DNA of 64,000 bases, from IMG/VR virus record IMGVR_UViG_3300043409_000680, positions 1-64,000 of that record, one strand, 5' to 3'. Positions 56,043-64,000 of this stretch are shown here, piece after piece. Source of the DNA: a virus. Under the pieces are notes generated by a model. That model was given only the letters and a program-made list of their open reading frames with translations, made no database searches and was not told the DNA's origin. Numbering within the stretch: position 1 is the first letter of the stretch; each line of letters starts with the position of its first letter. Made by a program: the position numbers and the translations under genes.

Positions 56043-56930
56043 ATGGCATCTACAGATAAACCCAATCCTGGTAGAGGTGTAGATAAAAAACCTGTTCTCG
56101 TAGAGCGTGGGCACGTTGTACCTGTTGCTCCCTATGATCAAACTAATCCAAATACCTCAGGTCCTGCATACTCTCCTGTAACAGGGGATAGGGCAGAAAA
56201 CCAAGAGTGGATCAATACCCCACTTAGATGTGATCATGGTGCTCCCCATAAAACAACTCCTATTTACCGTGTATCTCAAACAGGTAAAGAAAAACCTCAA
56301 AATCTTTGTGGATTTCATTATGAAAGAGCAAAGAACAACGGGCTAATTGACTCTAGTAGACCACCAATAGAACTGACTAATGACCCTGAGCACATTAAAA
56401 GTATTAACCTTGAAGATTATCAGATTAAGTTAGGACAAAAAAATAGAGACGCCGCAATAGTTTTTGAAAACACAGGTTTACTAAGAAATGTTAGAACTGT
56501 TGGACGTCCTGCCACCCCCTCTTCAGATACACAAGCAGCCTTAGATAGAGCAAATACTGGCGGAGGACATTTACCTAAAGACCACGAAGAAATTTTAAGT
56601 AAGGCATATACTGCATTGTTACACTCTAAGAAAGAAAATGATGACGTACCACACTATCCTACTTACGCCAAGAAAGCATTAAGTTTAGGGGTACACCCTT
56701 CTCATGTATCTAAATACTTTGATTATGCTGTCGCTTACCATAAAAAATTAACCGGGGAATCTGCTGTACCCCCAGTTAGCCGTGAAATAAAGATCCGTAA
56801 AGCCCAACTTGACTTTGCTAGTAGCGATTCTCCAGTTGAATCAACAGAGACACTTATGCAGTCTGATATCCCGGCAGCCGTAGATGAACAAGGTAACTCA
56901 AGTAGATCCCCTAAACCTCGCTACGATTAG
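56043..56930 (+). CDS. Hypothetical protein with C..H / C..H Zn-like motif
   Basis: CDHGAPH...LCGFH. Confidence 0.6.
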   Translation: MASTDKPNPGRGVDKKPVLVERGHVVPVAPYDQTNPNTSGPAYSPVTGDRAENQEWINTPLRCDHGAPHKTTPIYRVSQTGKEKPQNLCGFHYERAKNNGLIDSSRPPIELTNDPEHIKSINLEDYQIKLGQKNRDAAIVFENTGLLRNVRTVGRPATPSSDTQAALDRANTGGGHLPKDHEEILSKAYTALLHSKKENDDVPHYPTYAKKALSLGVHPSHVSKYFDYAVAYHKKLTGESAVPPVSREIKIRKAQLDFASSDSPVESTETLMQSDIPAAVDEQGNSSRSPKPRYD

Positions 56931-56986
56931 CATTTCTAGTCAAAATATAGTATAATAGGAACATAACGTATTAGGAGGAGCACTCT

Positions 56987-57568
56987 ATGGCCGTCCCTAT
57001 TTTGGGTGGAAGTTCGCAACCAGCGGATGAAGGAACATACACAGAGATCAAGGACGATGGTCCTAAGATTCGTCTGCTGTATTGCTATAACTGTAAGAGC
57101 ATTGAAGAACTGCCTGATTATGAAGGCCACCCAGATGATGATGTAACCCTACAAGTATTAATTGATCGCCACGAATCTGCCGGTATTCCACATAACGGAT
57201 TCCTATCTAAAGTGGGAGTTAAGTTATACTCACGCCCTGAAGTTAAGAAACAGATTGTAGAAAACCTACGCAATAAAGTAGGTGGAGGTCTTGCTGATAT
57301 TGACCCAGACTACTACACTACTAAAGCTACATTCTACGATGATGCAATGAAGTGCTTTAACCTTCATCTACGTCCTGTAGAGGGCTGTTATGATTGGAAG
57401 AGCGAAACAAAGCGCCTAGTTCCAAAGAGCACAGCAGAGGCACGTAAAGAATTAGGTCTAGAATCAGCAGCAAAGTCCGGCGGTACAAAAGTGTACCTCT
57501 GCGATTTTTGTCCTGCTAAAACTTATGTAGTTGAACAAAACCGTAAAAAACTCGGACTATACGAATAG
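56987..57568 (+). CDS. Cys-rich Zn-binding protein
   Basis: AGGAGG RBS; upstream TATAAT; CYNC, CF..H....GC, LCDFCP. Confidence 0.7.
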   Translation: MAVPILGGSSQPADEGTYTEIKDDGPKIRLLYCYNCKSIEELPDYEGHPDDDVTLQVLIDRHESAGIPHNGFLSKVGVKLYSRPEVKKQIVENLRNKVGGGLADIDPDYYTTKATFYDDAMKCFNLHLRPVEGCYDWKSETKRLVPKSTAEARKELGLESAAKSGGTKVYLCDFCPAKTYVVEQNRKKLGLYE

Positions 57569-57576
57569 GATATAAA

Positions 57577-57843
57577 ATGACAGAAGAAACAACCACAGAT
57601 ACTCCAGTAGATGCAACAAACCTACCAGTTCTTAAGTATGGTTTTGCCGTACTAGTAGATGAAGATGCAAATGTTTTCATTGAAAAGAACCCATCAGTAT
57701 TCTCAATTCCAGTAGAGCGTGAATCTACATTAGTAGAGGTTCGCCGCTATATGTCAGAAATCCTTATGGATCTTCAGGCACAAGCCGCTGCAGAATACAC
57801 AGTTCTACGACTAAATGCAAGTAAAGAAGAGACAGCCTCTTAA
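57577..57843 (+). CDS. Hypothetical acidic protein
   Basis: ORF track. Confidence 0.65.
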   Translation: MTEETTTDTPVDATNLPVLKYGFAVLVDEDANVFIEKNPSVFSIPVERESTLVEVRRYMSEILMDLQAQAAAEYTVLRLNASKEETAS

Positions 57844-57898
57844 TATTCATATCCACCAAGCCGAGACGTAATGACGATTGAGATGGAAGAATACGGGT

Positions 57899-58813
57899 AT
57901 GGAATACGCAGAGTTTGGAAAGGCCCCGGAGATTACTCCTGGGGCAACGTCCTACTTCAGCGCACCTTCATCTGAACTAGACCCCACATTATTCCAAGAC
58001 CAGGAGTTAAGGCCGTGGGTACGCACAGGCGTGCTCTCTATGCTCTTTGCCTATCTGGCTACTAGATTTTCTAACCCACACCAGTGGACACACGTCTGGT
58101 TAGCTGGATCTGGAATCTCATATCAATGGGAAGCTCAACGTTCTCCAGGAGACTTAGACTGCTTAGTTGGTATTGAGTATGTTAAGTTTCGTCAAAGTAA
58201 CCCAGAATATGTTGGTTACTCCAATGTTGAAATTTCTAAAGAACTCAATGAAGGATTTAATGCTGAGCTTATGCCTAAAACCCGTAACTGGGAAGGCTAT
58301 GAGCTTACATACTATGTAAATACACAGAGTGATATAAGAGATATCAATCCGTATGCAGCTTATGATCTAACGGCTGATGTTTGGACTGTAAAACCAGATA
58401 TGAATCCGCAACCTCCTTACAGCAGAGCATGGGAACATCGCACGCAACGTGATCATGACATGGCTGTAGATATGTTGGGTAAGTATAACTCTGCTATTGA
58501 TGAGATTAGAAGTACAAATAACCCTGCTTACCGCACTAATGCTGAGCGAAAGCTTAAATTAGCAATGGAGCAGGCAGTTGCTTTCTATGATGATATTCAT
58601 GCAGCACGGCACATTGCATTCAGTAGTACAGGATCCGGGTATTCAGATTATAACAACTATCGTTGGCAAGCTGGAAAACGTTCTGGGGCAATACAGGCAC
58701 TAAGATCTCTCAAAGATCTTAAGACTAATGCAGAGCGTGTTAACCAGGTACAGACATATGGTGTAGAATTACCGGACGCATCAACTTTGATTAGGAGAAC
58801 GCTACGTGGGTAG
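57899..58813 (+). CDS. Pol-beta superfamily nucleotidyltransferase
   Basis: hLAGS...Y.W....GDLDCLV; downstream ELTYY strand; helical C-terminal domain. Confidence 0.75.
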   Translation: MEYAEFGKAPEITPGATSYFSAPSSELDPTLFQDQELRPWVRTGVLSMLFAYLATRFSNPHQWTHVWLAGSGISYQWEAQRSPGDLDCLVGIEYVKFRQSNPEYVGYSNVEISKELNEGFNAELMPKTRNWEGYELTYYVNTQSDIRDINPYAAYDLTADVWTVKPDMNPQPPYSRAWEHRTQRDHDMAVDMLGKYNSAIDEIRSTNNPAYRTNAERKLKLAMEQAVAFYDDIHAARHIAFSSTGSGYSDYNNYRWQAGKRSGAIQALRSLKDLKTNAERVNQVQTYGVELPDASTLIRRTLRG

Positions 58814-58916
58814 TACTGTTTTTTGTAGAAAGTGTGGGCATGAGTTAGATCATGGAACATGTGTTTCAAATATTTGTAAATGTATTTGTGAAAAAGTAGG
58901 TACACCGGAGGATTAA
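58806..58916 (+). CDS. Cys/His-rich microprotein (36 aa)
   Basis: AGGAG RBS, GTG start; MGSTVFCRKCGHELDHGTCVSNICKCICEK; stop abuts the next ATG. Confidence 0.6.
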   Translation: MGSTVFCRKCGHELDHGTCVSNICKCICEKVGTPED

Positions 58917-59381
58917 ATGGCAACAGCACTCGTAGCACTAGAAGGCGTACTTATGACGGAGGTCGGGGATCCAATCCCTGAGGGCATTCGTTTATTCCGC
59001 ATACTCTCAGCTAGCTATCGTGTTGTAATTTGCTCTGATATGTCACAGGCACACACAGAACATTGGTTACGCTCCCACTTGATTACAGGTCAAGGAGATG
59101 TCTATGATAATAGGTACTTCTTTGAGGGCCAAGACCTACGCTCCCGCCAGCTAGCTGTAGCTCTTAATGGTGGTCGTGTGGATCTATTTGTAGATCCGGA
59201 CGCTGATAGATGTGCTGAAGCAGTTGCTATGGGAATAACCGCCCTTCTATTTGCAGCACCTAAATTTGTAAGAACTAAGCGCCAAGTAAAACCATGGGAA
59301 GATGTGGTTAATGAGGTTGAACGCCAGAAACTCGCCCTACTAGAAGCAGAGCTCGGTAGCTCAGTTAAGAGATATGAATGA
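58917..59381 (+). CDS. HAD-like fold protein lacking the DxD motif
   Basis: LVALEGVL...PIPEGI.L...L....VVICS......HWL...LFVDPD. Confidence 0.55.
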   Translation: MATALVALEGVLMTEVGDPIPEGIRLFRILSASYRVVICSDMSQAHTEHWLRSHLITGQGDVYDNRYFFEGQDLRSRQLAVALNGGRVDLFVDPDADRCAEAVAMGITALLFAAPKFVRTKRQVKPWEDVVNEVERQKLALLEAELGSSVKRYE

Positions 59382-60871
59382 ACATAGTATTCCTAGGTGG
59401 AGAGGTTCCCTCTCACCGTAACCTCTTGGTTAATGCTGGTGTAAAGCATATTGGCGTAAGCTATTACCGTCTAGTAAAGCGTGGTTTGCCTAAGTCTAAA
59501 CCCTACCTATTATCAGAGAGATTTCCTGATGATGTAAAGATTTACGTAGATGGCGGCGGCCACCAGCTCAATGACCTAAACATGACAGAGCGAGAGCTCG
59601 AAGAGTATGCTGCCGACTATCAAGACTGGCTTATTCTCAATGAAGATAGAGTTACCCTAGCCAGTGAATTGGATATTAAATCCCTGGGATCTAACTGGAT
59701 CAACCATGAGCGCCGTACATTTTGGGAAGACTTTGGTTTAGATAAATTTATTGCAATTTGGCACCAAGAAACCGGGCATGCAGCCCTATATGGCCTTGCT
59801 CAGCGTTACACCCACGTAGGAATACTCGGAGAGTCTATTGAGGACGACACGAGCCTTGCAGCCCGTTCTAAGGCCATCCTACAGGAGTTCCCTGAAGTCT
59901 CATTTCATGGAATCGCTTGTGCTCGCCCGGACAATCTACGCCAGGTATCTTTAACAACTGCCAGCACCCTATCTTGGCTCAGCCCAATGATGAGAGGGGA
60001 AACAATTGTGTGGGACGGCACTCGTCTGGTTCGTTACCAGAAGAAGATGAAGGATCAGGCTCGCCCACGATACAAAGCAGTTATTGAGAAAGTCGGTTTG
60101 GACTTTGAGAAGATTCTTAATGATGATAGTAACGAAGTTACTAAGTTAGCCATATGGTCATACCTGCAGCTAGAAAATTCTTTAAACAAGAAATCACACC
60201 TTTCAGTAGTTAATCAAGAGAAGTTATCTGATAACAGTGCGGATAAGGATGACCCCGGAAGTGCGGAAACCATGGGTCCCGACCCTGATAATAGAGGGGT
60301 AGAGGTGCGGAAAGAATTTAAACTTAAACAGCCTAAAGAGACCTATACCCTTCCAGTTTTTGGCGTAACTTCTAAAACTATTATGGAAAAAGATGAACTT
60401 GGAAGGGATGTTATTAAAGATGTTCCCATCATCGTCAGCACACAGAATTCCTTTCGTCAATGTAATACTTGTTTTGTTGCATCGAATTGCCCAGCATTTA
60501 CTCCTAATAGTGCATGCGCTTTTAACCTCCCAGTGGAAATTAAGACTAAAGACCAACTCAAGAGTTTATTGAACGCAATTATTGAAATGCAGGGCGCTAG
60601 AGTCGCTTTTGCACGTTTTGCTGAAGAATTGAACGGCGGATACCCTGATCCAAATACCGGCCAAGAGATTGATCGACTCTTTAAGATCATAGGAGAACTT
60701 AAGAAAATGGAAGAGAACAAGGAGTTTGTTCGCATGACCGTAGAGCGTCAAACCTCTAGCGGTGTAATGTCAGCACTCTTTGGAGATAAAGCAAACACTT
60801 TAAGGGAACTTCCGATTGGACTTACCGAGGGTGAATCTGCTAGAATAATCAATGACACATTAGAAGGATAG
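59378..60871 (+). CDS. TGT/DpdA-like TIM-barrel protein with C-terminal 4-Cys domain
   Basis: YVDGGGHQ (cf. DSGGFQ), ELD, IAIWH, HVGI, FHGIA, STLSW; CNTC.....C........C. Confidence 0.55.
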   Translation: MNIVFLGGEVPSHRNLLVNAGVKHIGVSYYRLVKRGLPKSKPYLLSERFPDDVKIYVDGGGHQLNDLNMTERELEEYAADYQDWLILNEDRVTLASELDIKSLGSNWINHERRTFWEDFGLDKFIAIWHQETGHAALYGLAQRYTHVGILGESIEDDTSLAARSKAILQEFPEVSFHGIACARPDNLRQVSLTTASTLSWLSPMMRGETIVWDGTRLVRYQKKMKDQARPRYKAVIEKVGLDFEKILNDDSNEVTKLAIWSYLQLENSLNKKSHLSVVNQEKLSDNSADKDDPGSAETMGPDPDNRGVEVRKEFKLKQPKETYTLPVFGVTSKTIMEKDELGRDVIKDVPIIVSTQNSFRQCNTCFVASNCPAFTPNSACAFNLPVEIKTKDQLKSLLNAIIEMQGARVAFARFAEELNGGYPDPNTGQEIDRLFKIIGELKKMEENKEFVRMTVERQTSSGVMSALFGDKANTLRELPIGLTEGESARIINDTLEG

Positions 60872-60935
60872 TACTTCCCCGCTATCCTTGCTTTACCTGA
60901 TAACAGTCAATTACTATTAGAAATGAGAGTCTATT

Positions 60936-62966
60936 TTGTTTTCCTTCAAGCTCACCGAAGATTTTGTAAATTCATATAAAGAAAAAACTGTACCATGGGG
61001 ATATAAAGATGCCGCAGGTAACTCAGTCGGTGAGATTATCTTTCTAAGGACCTACTCTCGTCTTAAAGAGGACGGGACAAAGGAGACTTGGACTGAAGTA
61101 TGCGAACGTGTCATCAATGGCATGTACTCCTTGCAGAAAGACCACGCCAAGCAGAACCGCCTACCATGGAATGACGCCAAAGCACAAGCTTCAGCCAAAG
61201 AAGCATTCCAGCGTCTATTTGAATTGAAGTGGACACCTCCAGGTCGAGGCCTATGGGTAATGGGTACTGACATTGTGAATGTTCAAAGGAACTCAGCCGC
61301 ACTTCAGAACTGCTCATTCGTATCTACAAACTCAATGACCAAGCTAGATCCTGCCAAGCCATTTGCATTCCTAATGGAGGCTTCTATGCTGGGAGTGGGA
61401 GTTGGCTTTGACGACAAGGGTGCAGACAAAGACTTCACAATCTACGAACCACAGAAGGGAGATGACTATGTCATCCCAGATACCAGAGAAGGATGGGTCG
61501 AATCCACATCCGCTCTCATCAATGCTTACCTCAGAGCAGATACAAAGGCTCCAGTATTTCGTTACGAAGAAATTAGACCAGCAGGCACGCCAATTAAAAC
61601 TTTCGGGGGAACAGCCGCCGGATCCGAACCTCTAGAGAAACTTCATGCCTATATCTCTAAGATCTTTGGGGGACGTGCTGGACAAAAAGTTACTCGCAAG
61701 GACATCGCAGATCTAGGAAATCTAATTGGAGTCTGTGTCGTTTCCGGTAACGTTCGCCGTTCAGCTGAGCTACTCATTGGTCGTATTGACGATGATGAGT
61801 TCCTTAACCTAAAGAATGCAGATGTATTCCCGGAGCGTAATTCTTATGATCCAAAGGCTCCAGGTTGGGGTTGGATGTCAAACAACTCGGTAGAGGCTAG
61901 TGTAGGTACAGACCTCTCAAAGATCATAGACGGCATTTCTCGTAATGGAGAGCCAGGCGTGGTCTGGATGGATGTAACTCGTAAATACGGTCGACTTGCT
62001 GATCCAATAAATAATAAAGACTGGAGAGCTGCCGGGTATAACCCGTGTGCAGAACAATCCCTAGAATCAATGGAGTGCTGTACTTTGGTAGAGACCTACC
62101 TCAATCGTCATACAGACCTAGATGACTACAAGCGTACGCTTAAGTTTGCTTACCTCTATGCAAAGACTGTAACTCTTCTTCCTACTCATTGGGAAGAGAC
62201 AAACGCAATCATGCAGCGTAATCGCCGTATTGGAACATCAATGTCAGGTGTTGCAAACTTTGCGGATTTGAAGGGGCTTCCAACTCTACGTGAGTGGATG
62301 GATGCAGGTTATCAGACAGTTACTGCCTATGATAAGAGTTACTCTGAATGGCTTGGTATTCGTGAATCAATTAAAACTACAACTGTAAAACCATCCGGCA
62401 CTGTATCTATTCTCGCAGGAGAATCACCAGGAGTACATTGGACCCCCGGTGGTAAGTATTTCCTACGTACTATTCGCTTTGCTAATAGTGATGCAATGCT
62501 CCCATTGTTCAAAATGGCTAACTACCGTATTGAACCAGCGTTAGAATCCCCCGGTACAACATCGGTGGTGTACTTCCCAATTAAGAGTGAAGCGATACGT
62601 TCTGAGAGAGAAGTATCTATTTACGAAAAGATGGCGCTTGCTGCAACTGCACAACGCTATTGGTCAGACAACTCTGTAAGTGTAACGATCAGCTTTGATC
62701 CTGCTACAGAGGCTAAAGCAATCGGCACAGCACTTCACATGTACGACGGACAACTTAAGACTGTATCATTTCTACCGATGGACCCGAATAGTTACCAACA
62801 AATGCCGTATACACAGAGCACTGAAGCTGAGTATGCGGACGGTACTATGAAACTCTTTCCCATTGATTTTAGTGGAATCTATAATGGGTTGGGATCGGAC
62901 GCTATCGGAGAAGCATACTGTACGACCGATGCATGTGAAGTAAAGCTAATCAAAGATAATATCTAA
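60936..62966 (+). CDS. nrdJ: Class II (adenosylcobalamin-dependent) ribonucleotide reductase, monomeric RTPR type
   Basis: FLRTYSR, PPGRGLW, LQNC, GNVRRSA, NPCAEQ, TVKPSGT, C-terminal CTTDAC. Confidence 0.92.
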   Translation: MFSFKLTEDFVNSYKEKTVPWGYKDAAGNSVGEIIFLRTYSRLKEDGTKETWTEVCERVINGMYSLQKDHAKQNRLPWNDAKAQASAKEAFQRLFELKWTPPGRGLWVMGTDIVNVQRNSAALQNCSFVSTNSMTKLDPAKPFAFLMEASMLGVGVGFDDKGADKDFTIYEPQKGDDYVIPDTREGWVESTSALINAYLRADTKAPVFRYEEIRPAGTPIKTFGGTAAGSEPLEKLHAYISKIFGGRAGQKVTRKDIADLGNLIGVCVVSGNVRRSAELLIGRIDDDEFLNLKNADVFPERNSYDPKAPGWGWMSNNSVEASVGTDLSKIIDGISRNGEPGVVWMDVTRKYGRLADPINNKDWRAAGYNPCAEQSLESMECCTLVETYLNRHTDLDDYKRTLKFAYLYAKTVTLLPTHWEETNAIMQRNRRIGTSMSGVANFADLKGLPTLREWMDAGYQTVTAYDKSYSEWLGIRESIKTTTVKPSGTVSILAGESPGVHWTPGGKYFLRTIRFANSDAMLPLFKMANYRIEPALESPGTTSVVYFPIKSEAIRSEREVSIYEKMALAATAQRYWSDNSVSVTISFDPATEAKAIGTALHMYDGQLKTVSFLPMDPNSYQQMPYTQSTEAEYADGTMKLFPIDFSGIYNGLGSDAIGEAYCTTDACEVKLIKDNI

Positions 62967-62975
62967 GGAGATATA

Positions 62976-63116
62976 ATGACAGAGCCAGAGATCAATCCAG
63001 ACCTATTTGAAGAAGACTTTGAGGATGACTTTGAAGACTTCGAGTTTGATGAAGAAGACCTAGAGGACATTGATGATTTGTTCCTAGAGGAAGACTCAGA
63101 AGAGACGGCAGAATAA
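62976..63116 (+). CDS. Extremely acidic 46-aa protein
   Basis: TAAGGAG RBS; MTEPEINPDLFEEDFEDDFEDFEFDEEDLEDIDDLFLEEDSEETAE. Confidence 0.75.
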   Translation: MTEPEINPDLFEEDFEDDFEDFEFDEEDLEDIDDLFLEEDSEETAE

Positions 63117-63131
63117 CGCCCAAACGCCCAA

Positions 63132-63182
63132 CACAAACATTTGGCCCCGACTCAATTAAGAGCCGGGGCCATTTGCTTTGTC
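63132..63182. terminator. Bidirectional terminator between converging gene blocks
   Basis: tggccccgactc / gagccggggcca stem with A-rich left flank and T-rich right flank. Confidence 0.75.
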
Positions 63183-63338
63183 TTATTCGTCTTCGCATTC
63201 TTGATTTAAATAGTCAATCTCTGAATAGATATCATTGATATGCCACTCAAGATTAGTTATACGCCGTGAATTTATACGGTCATACCACATGTCGACGCCT
63301 ACGTATAATATAATCCCTATGATTATAAGCCAGTTCAT
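63183..63338 (-). CDS. Small membrane-anchored protein (51 aa)
   Basis: AAGGAG RBS; MNWLIIIGIILYVGV. Confidence 0.65.
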   Translation of the reverse strand: MNWLIIIGIILYVGVDMWYDRINSRRITNLEWHINDIYSEIDYLNQECEDE

Positions 63339-63347
63339 TTGTTCTCC

Positions 63348-63560
63348 TTAATCGGATAGTTGCTTACCTTGTCCGTTACGTAATTCATAGAAGCTTTGAT
63401 TGCTATCCTCTATACTATCATGTGCATCATCAAGGTCTGCTTCGTATATATCACCATCTAATAGGGCCTCATACATTTCTAATGCATGAGCATCATCGTC
63501 AGCCGTGAATGTTATTGTTCCTGATCTTTCTGTACTGTACATTACTGAGTAGTTAGGCAT
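63348..63560 (-). CDS. Small acidic hypothetical protein
   Basis: ORF track. Confidence 0.65.
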   Translation of the reverse strand: MPNYSVMYSTERSGTITFTADDDAHALEMYEALLDGDIYEADLDDAHDSIEDSNQSFYELRNGQGKQLSD

Positions 63561-63747
63561 TTTCTTTATCCTCCATTTTCATTTCCATTTCGTCATACGC
63601 ATCAGCAGCTAGGATGTTATTGCTTCCCGCCTCATCATTGCATTCTTCGCAAGGTTGAATATCCCATTCTTCCTCGTCACCGAAGTAGATATAGCCCCGT
63701 CCATGACACTCTGTACATGTCCGGGGCAGCACTGTTTCCATATCCAT
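63553..63747 (-). CDS. DnaJ-type Zn-finger microprotein
   Basis: CTECHGRG...PCEEC; start at TAATG overlap. Confidence 0.65.
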   Translation of the reverse strand: MDMETVLPRTCTECHGRGYIYFGDEEEWDIQPCEECNDEAGSNNILAADAYDEMEMKMEDKENA

Positions 63748-63848
63748 TACTCTTCCCCTGTATCCCAACCACAATCAGAACATGCCCAAGTACCGTTCTC
63801 GGACATGCTCTCGTATGTGATTTTAGCTCCGCATTCTTTACATCTCAT
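63747..63848 (-). CDS. Zn-ribbon microprotein (33 aa, CKECG...CSDCG)
   Basis: TAATG overlaps on both sides. Confidence 0.6.
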   Translation of the reverse strand: MRCKECGAKITYESMSENGTWACSDCGWDTGEE

Positions 63849-64000
63849 TATGCACCAACCTTCCAACTTAACAGACCTACCAAATGTGTTGGTTTGCCAG
63901 CATCATTGGTTGATTCAACCACCATCTTAATAGATTTGCGTGGAGTGGTTTCAATGACATGGGCTTTAAGATACCGCTTAGCTGCAGACGGATTAGCCCA
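63848..64000 (-). CDS. 5'-truncated hypothetical protein
   Basis: Open frame WANPSAAKRYLK...WKVGA runs off the window. Confidence 0.55.
   Translation of the reverse strand, partial: WANPSAAKRYLKAHVIETTPRKSIKMVVESTNDAGKPTHLVGLLSWKVGA

Noticed and set aside
60872-60935. Cobalamin riboswitch or NrdR box before the class II RNR
   Set aside because: The intergenic region is only about 64 nt and lacks the B12-box and NrdR consensus.
33918-62966. Inteins or introns in DnaB, PolA, RecA or RNR
   Set aside because: All are uninterrupted and of ordinary length, with no LAGLIDADG or C...HN splice motifs recognised.
1-64000. Alternative genetic code, DGR or tRNA genes
   Set aside because: Genes tile the sequence under code 11 using all three stops; no reverse transcriptase, TR/VR pair or cloverleaf was recognised by eye (tRNAscan would be decisive).

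Overview
This window is a dense, almost entirely + strand segment of a large contractile-tailed (myovirus-type) dsDNA phage. Two WhiB genes, leaderless-type promoters and an actinobacterial-style anti-SD sequence, in a moderately AT-rich sequence, suggest a low-GC actinobacterial host (inference). Layout: 1-11.1 kb modular fibre and adhesin genes (collagen G-X-Q repeats, glycine-rich, Fn3, LamG-like), interrupted by an antisense glyco-enzyme cassette; 11.1-31.2 kb neck, sheath, tube, chaperone, tape measure and baseplate; 31.3-48.3 kb replication and recombination (initiator with a candidate internal origin, DnaC-like loader, DnaB, primase, dNMP kinase, SNF2 helicase, SSB, PolA, RecA, nucleases, SpoVS); 49-52.3 kb phosphoesterase and lysis cassette; 52.4-57.8 kb orphan basic proteins; 57.9-60.9 kb a nucleotidyltransferase / Zn microprotein / HAD-like / TGT-like operon; class II RNR; then converging small - strand genes. 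No capsid, portal, terminase, integrase, tRNA or CRISPR array was recognised. Best candidates for undescribed biology: (1) the NTase + pseudo-HAD + pseudo-TGT operon, (2) a hairpin with an anti-SD loop that could pseudoknot over the polymerase RBS, (3) two candidate programmed frameshifts, (4) a candidate virion-glycosylation cassette. All product calls come from motif recognition by eye; no searches were run.
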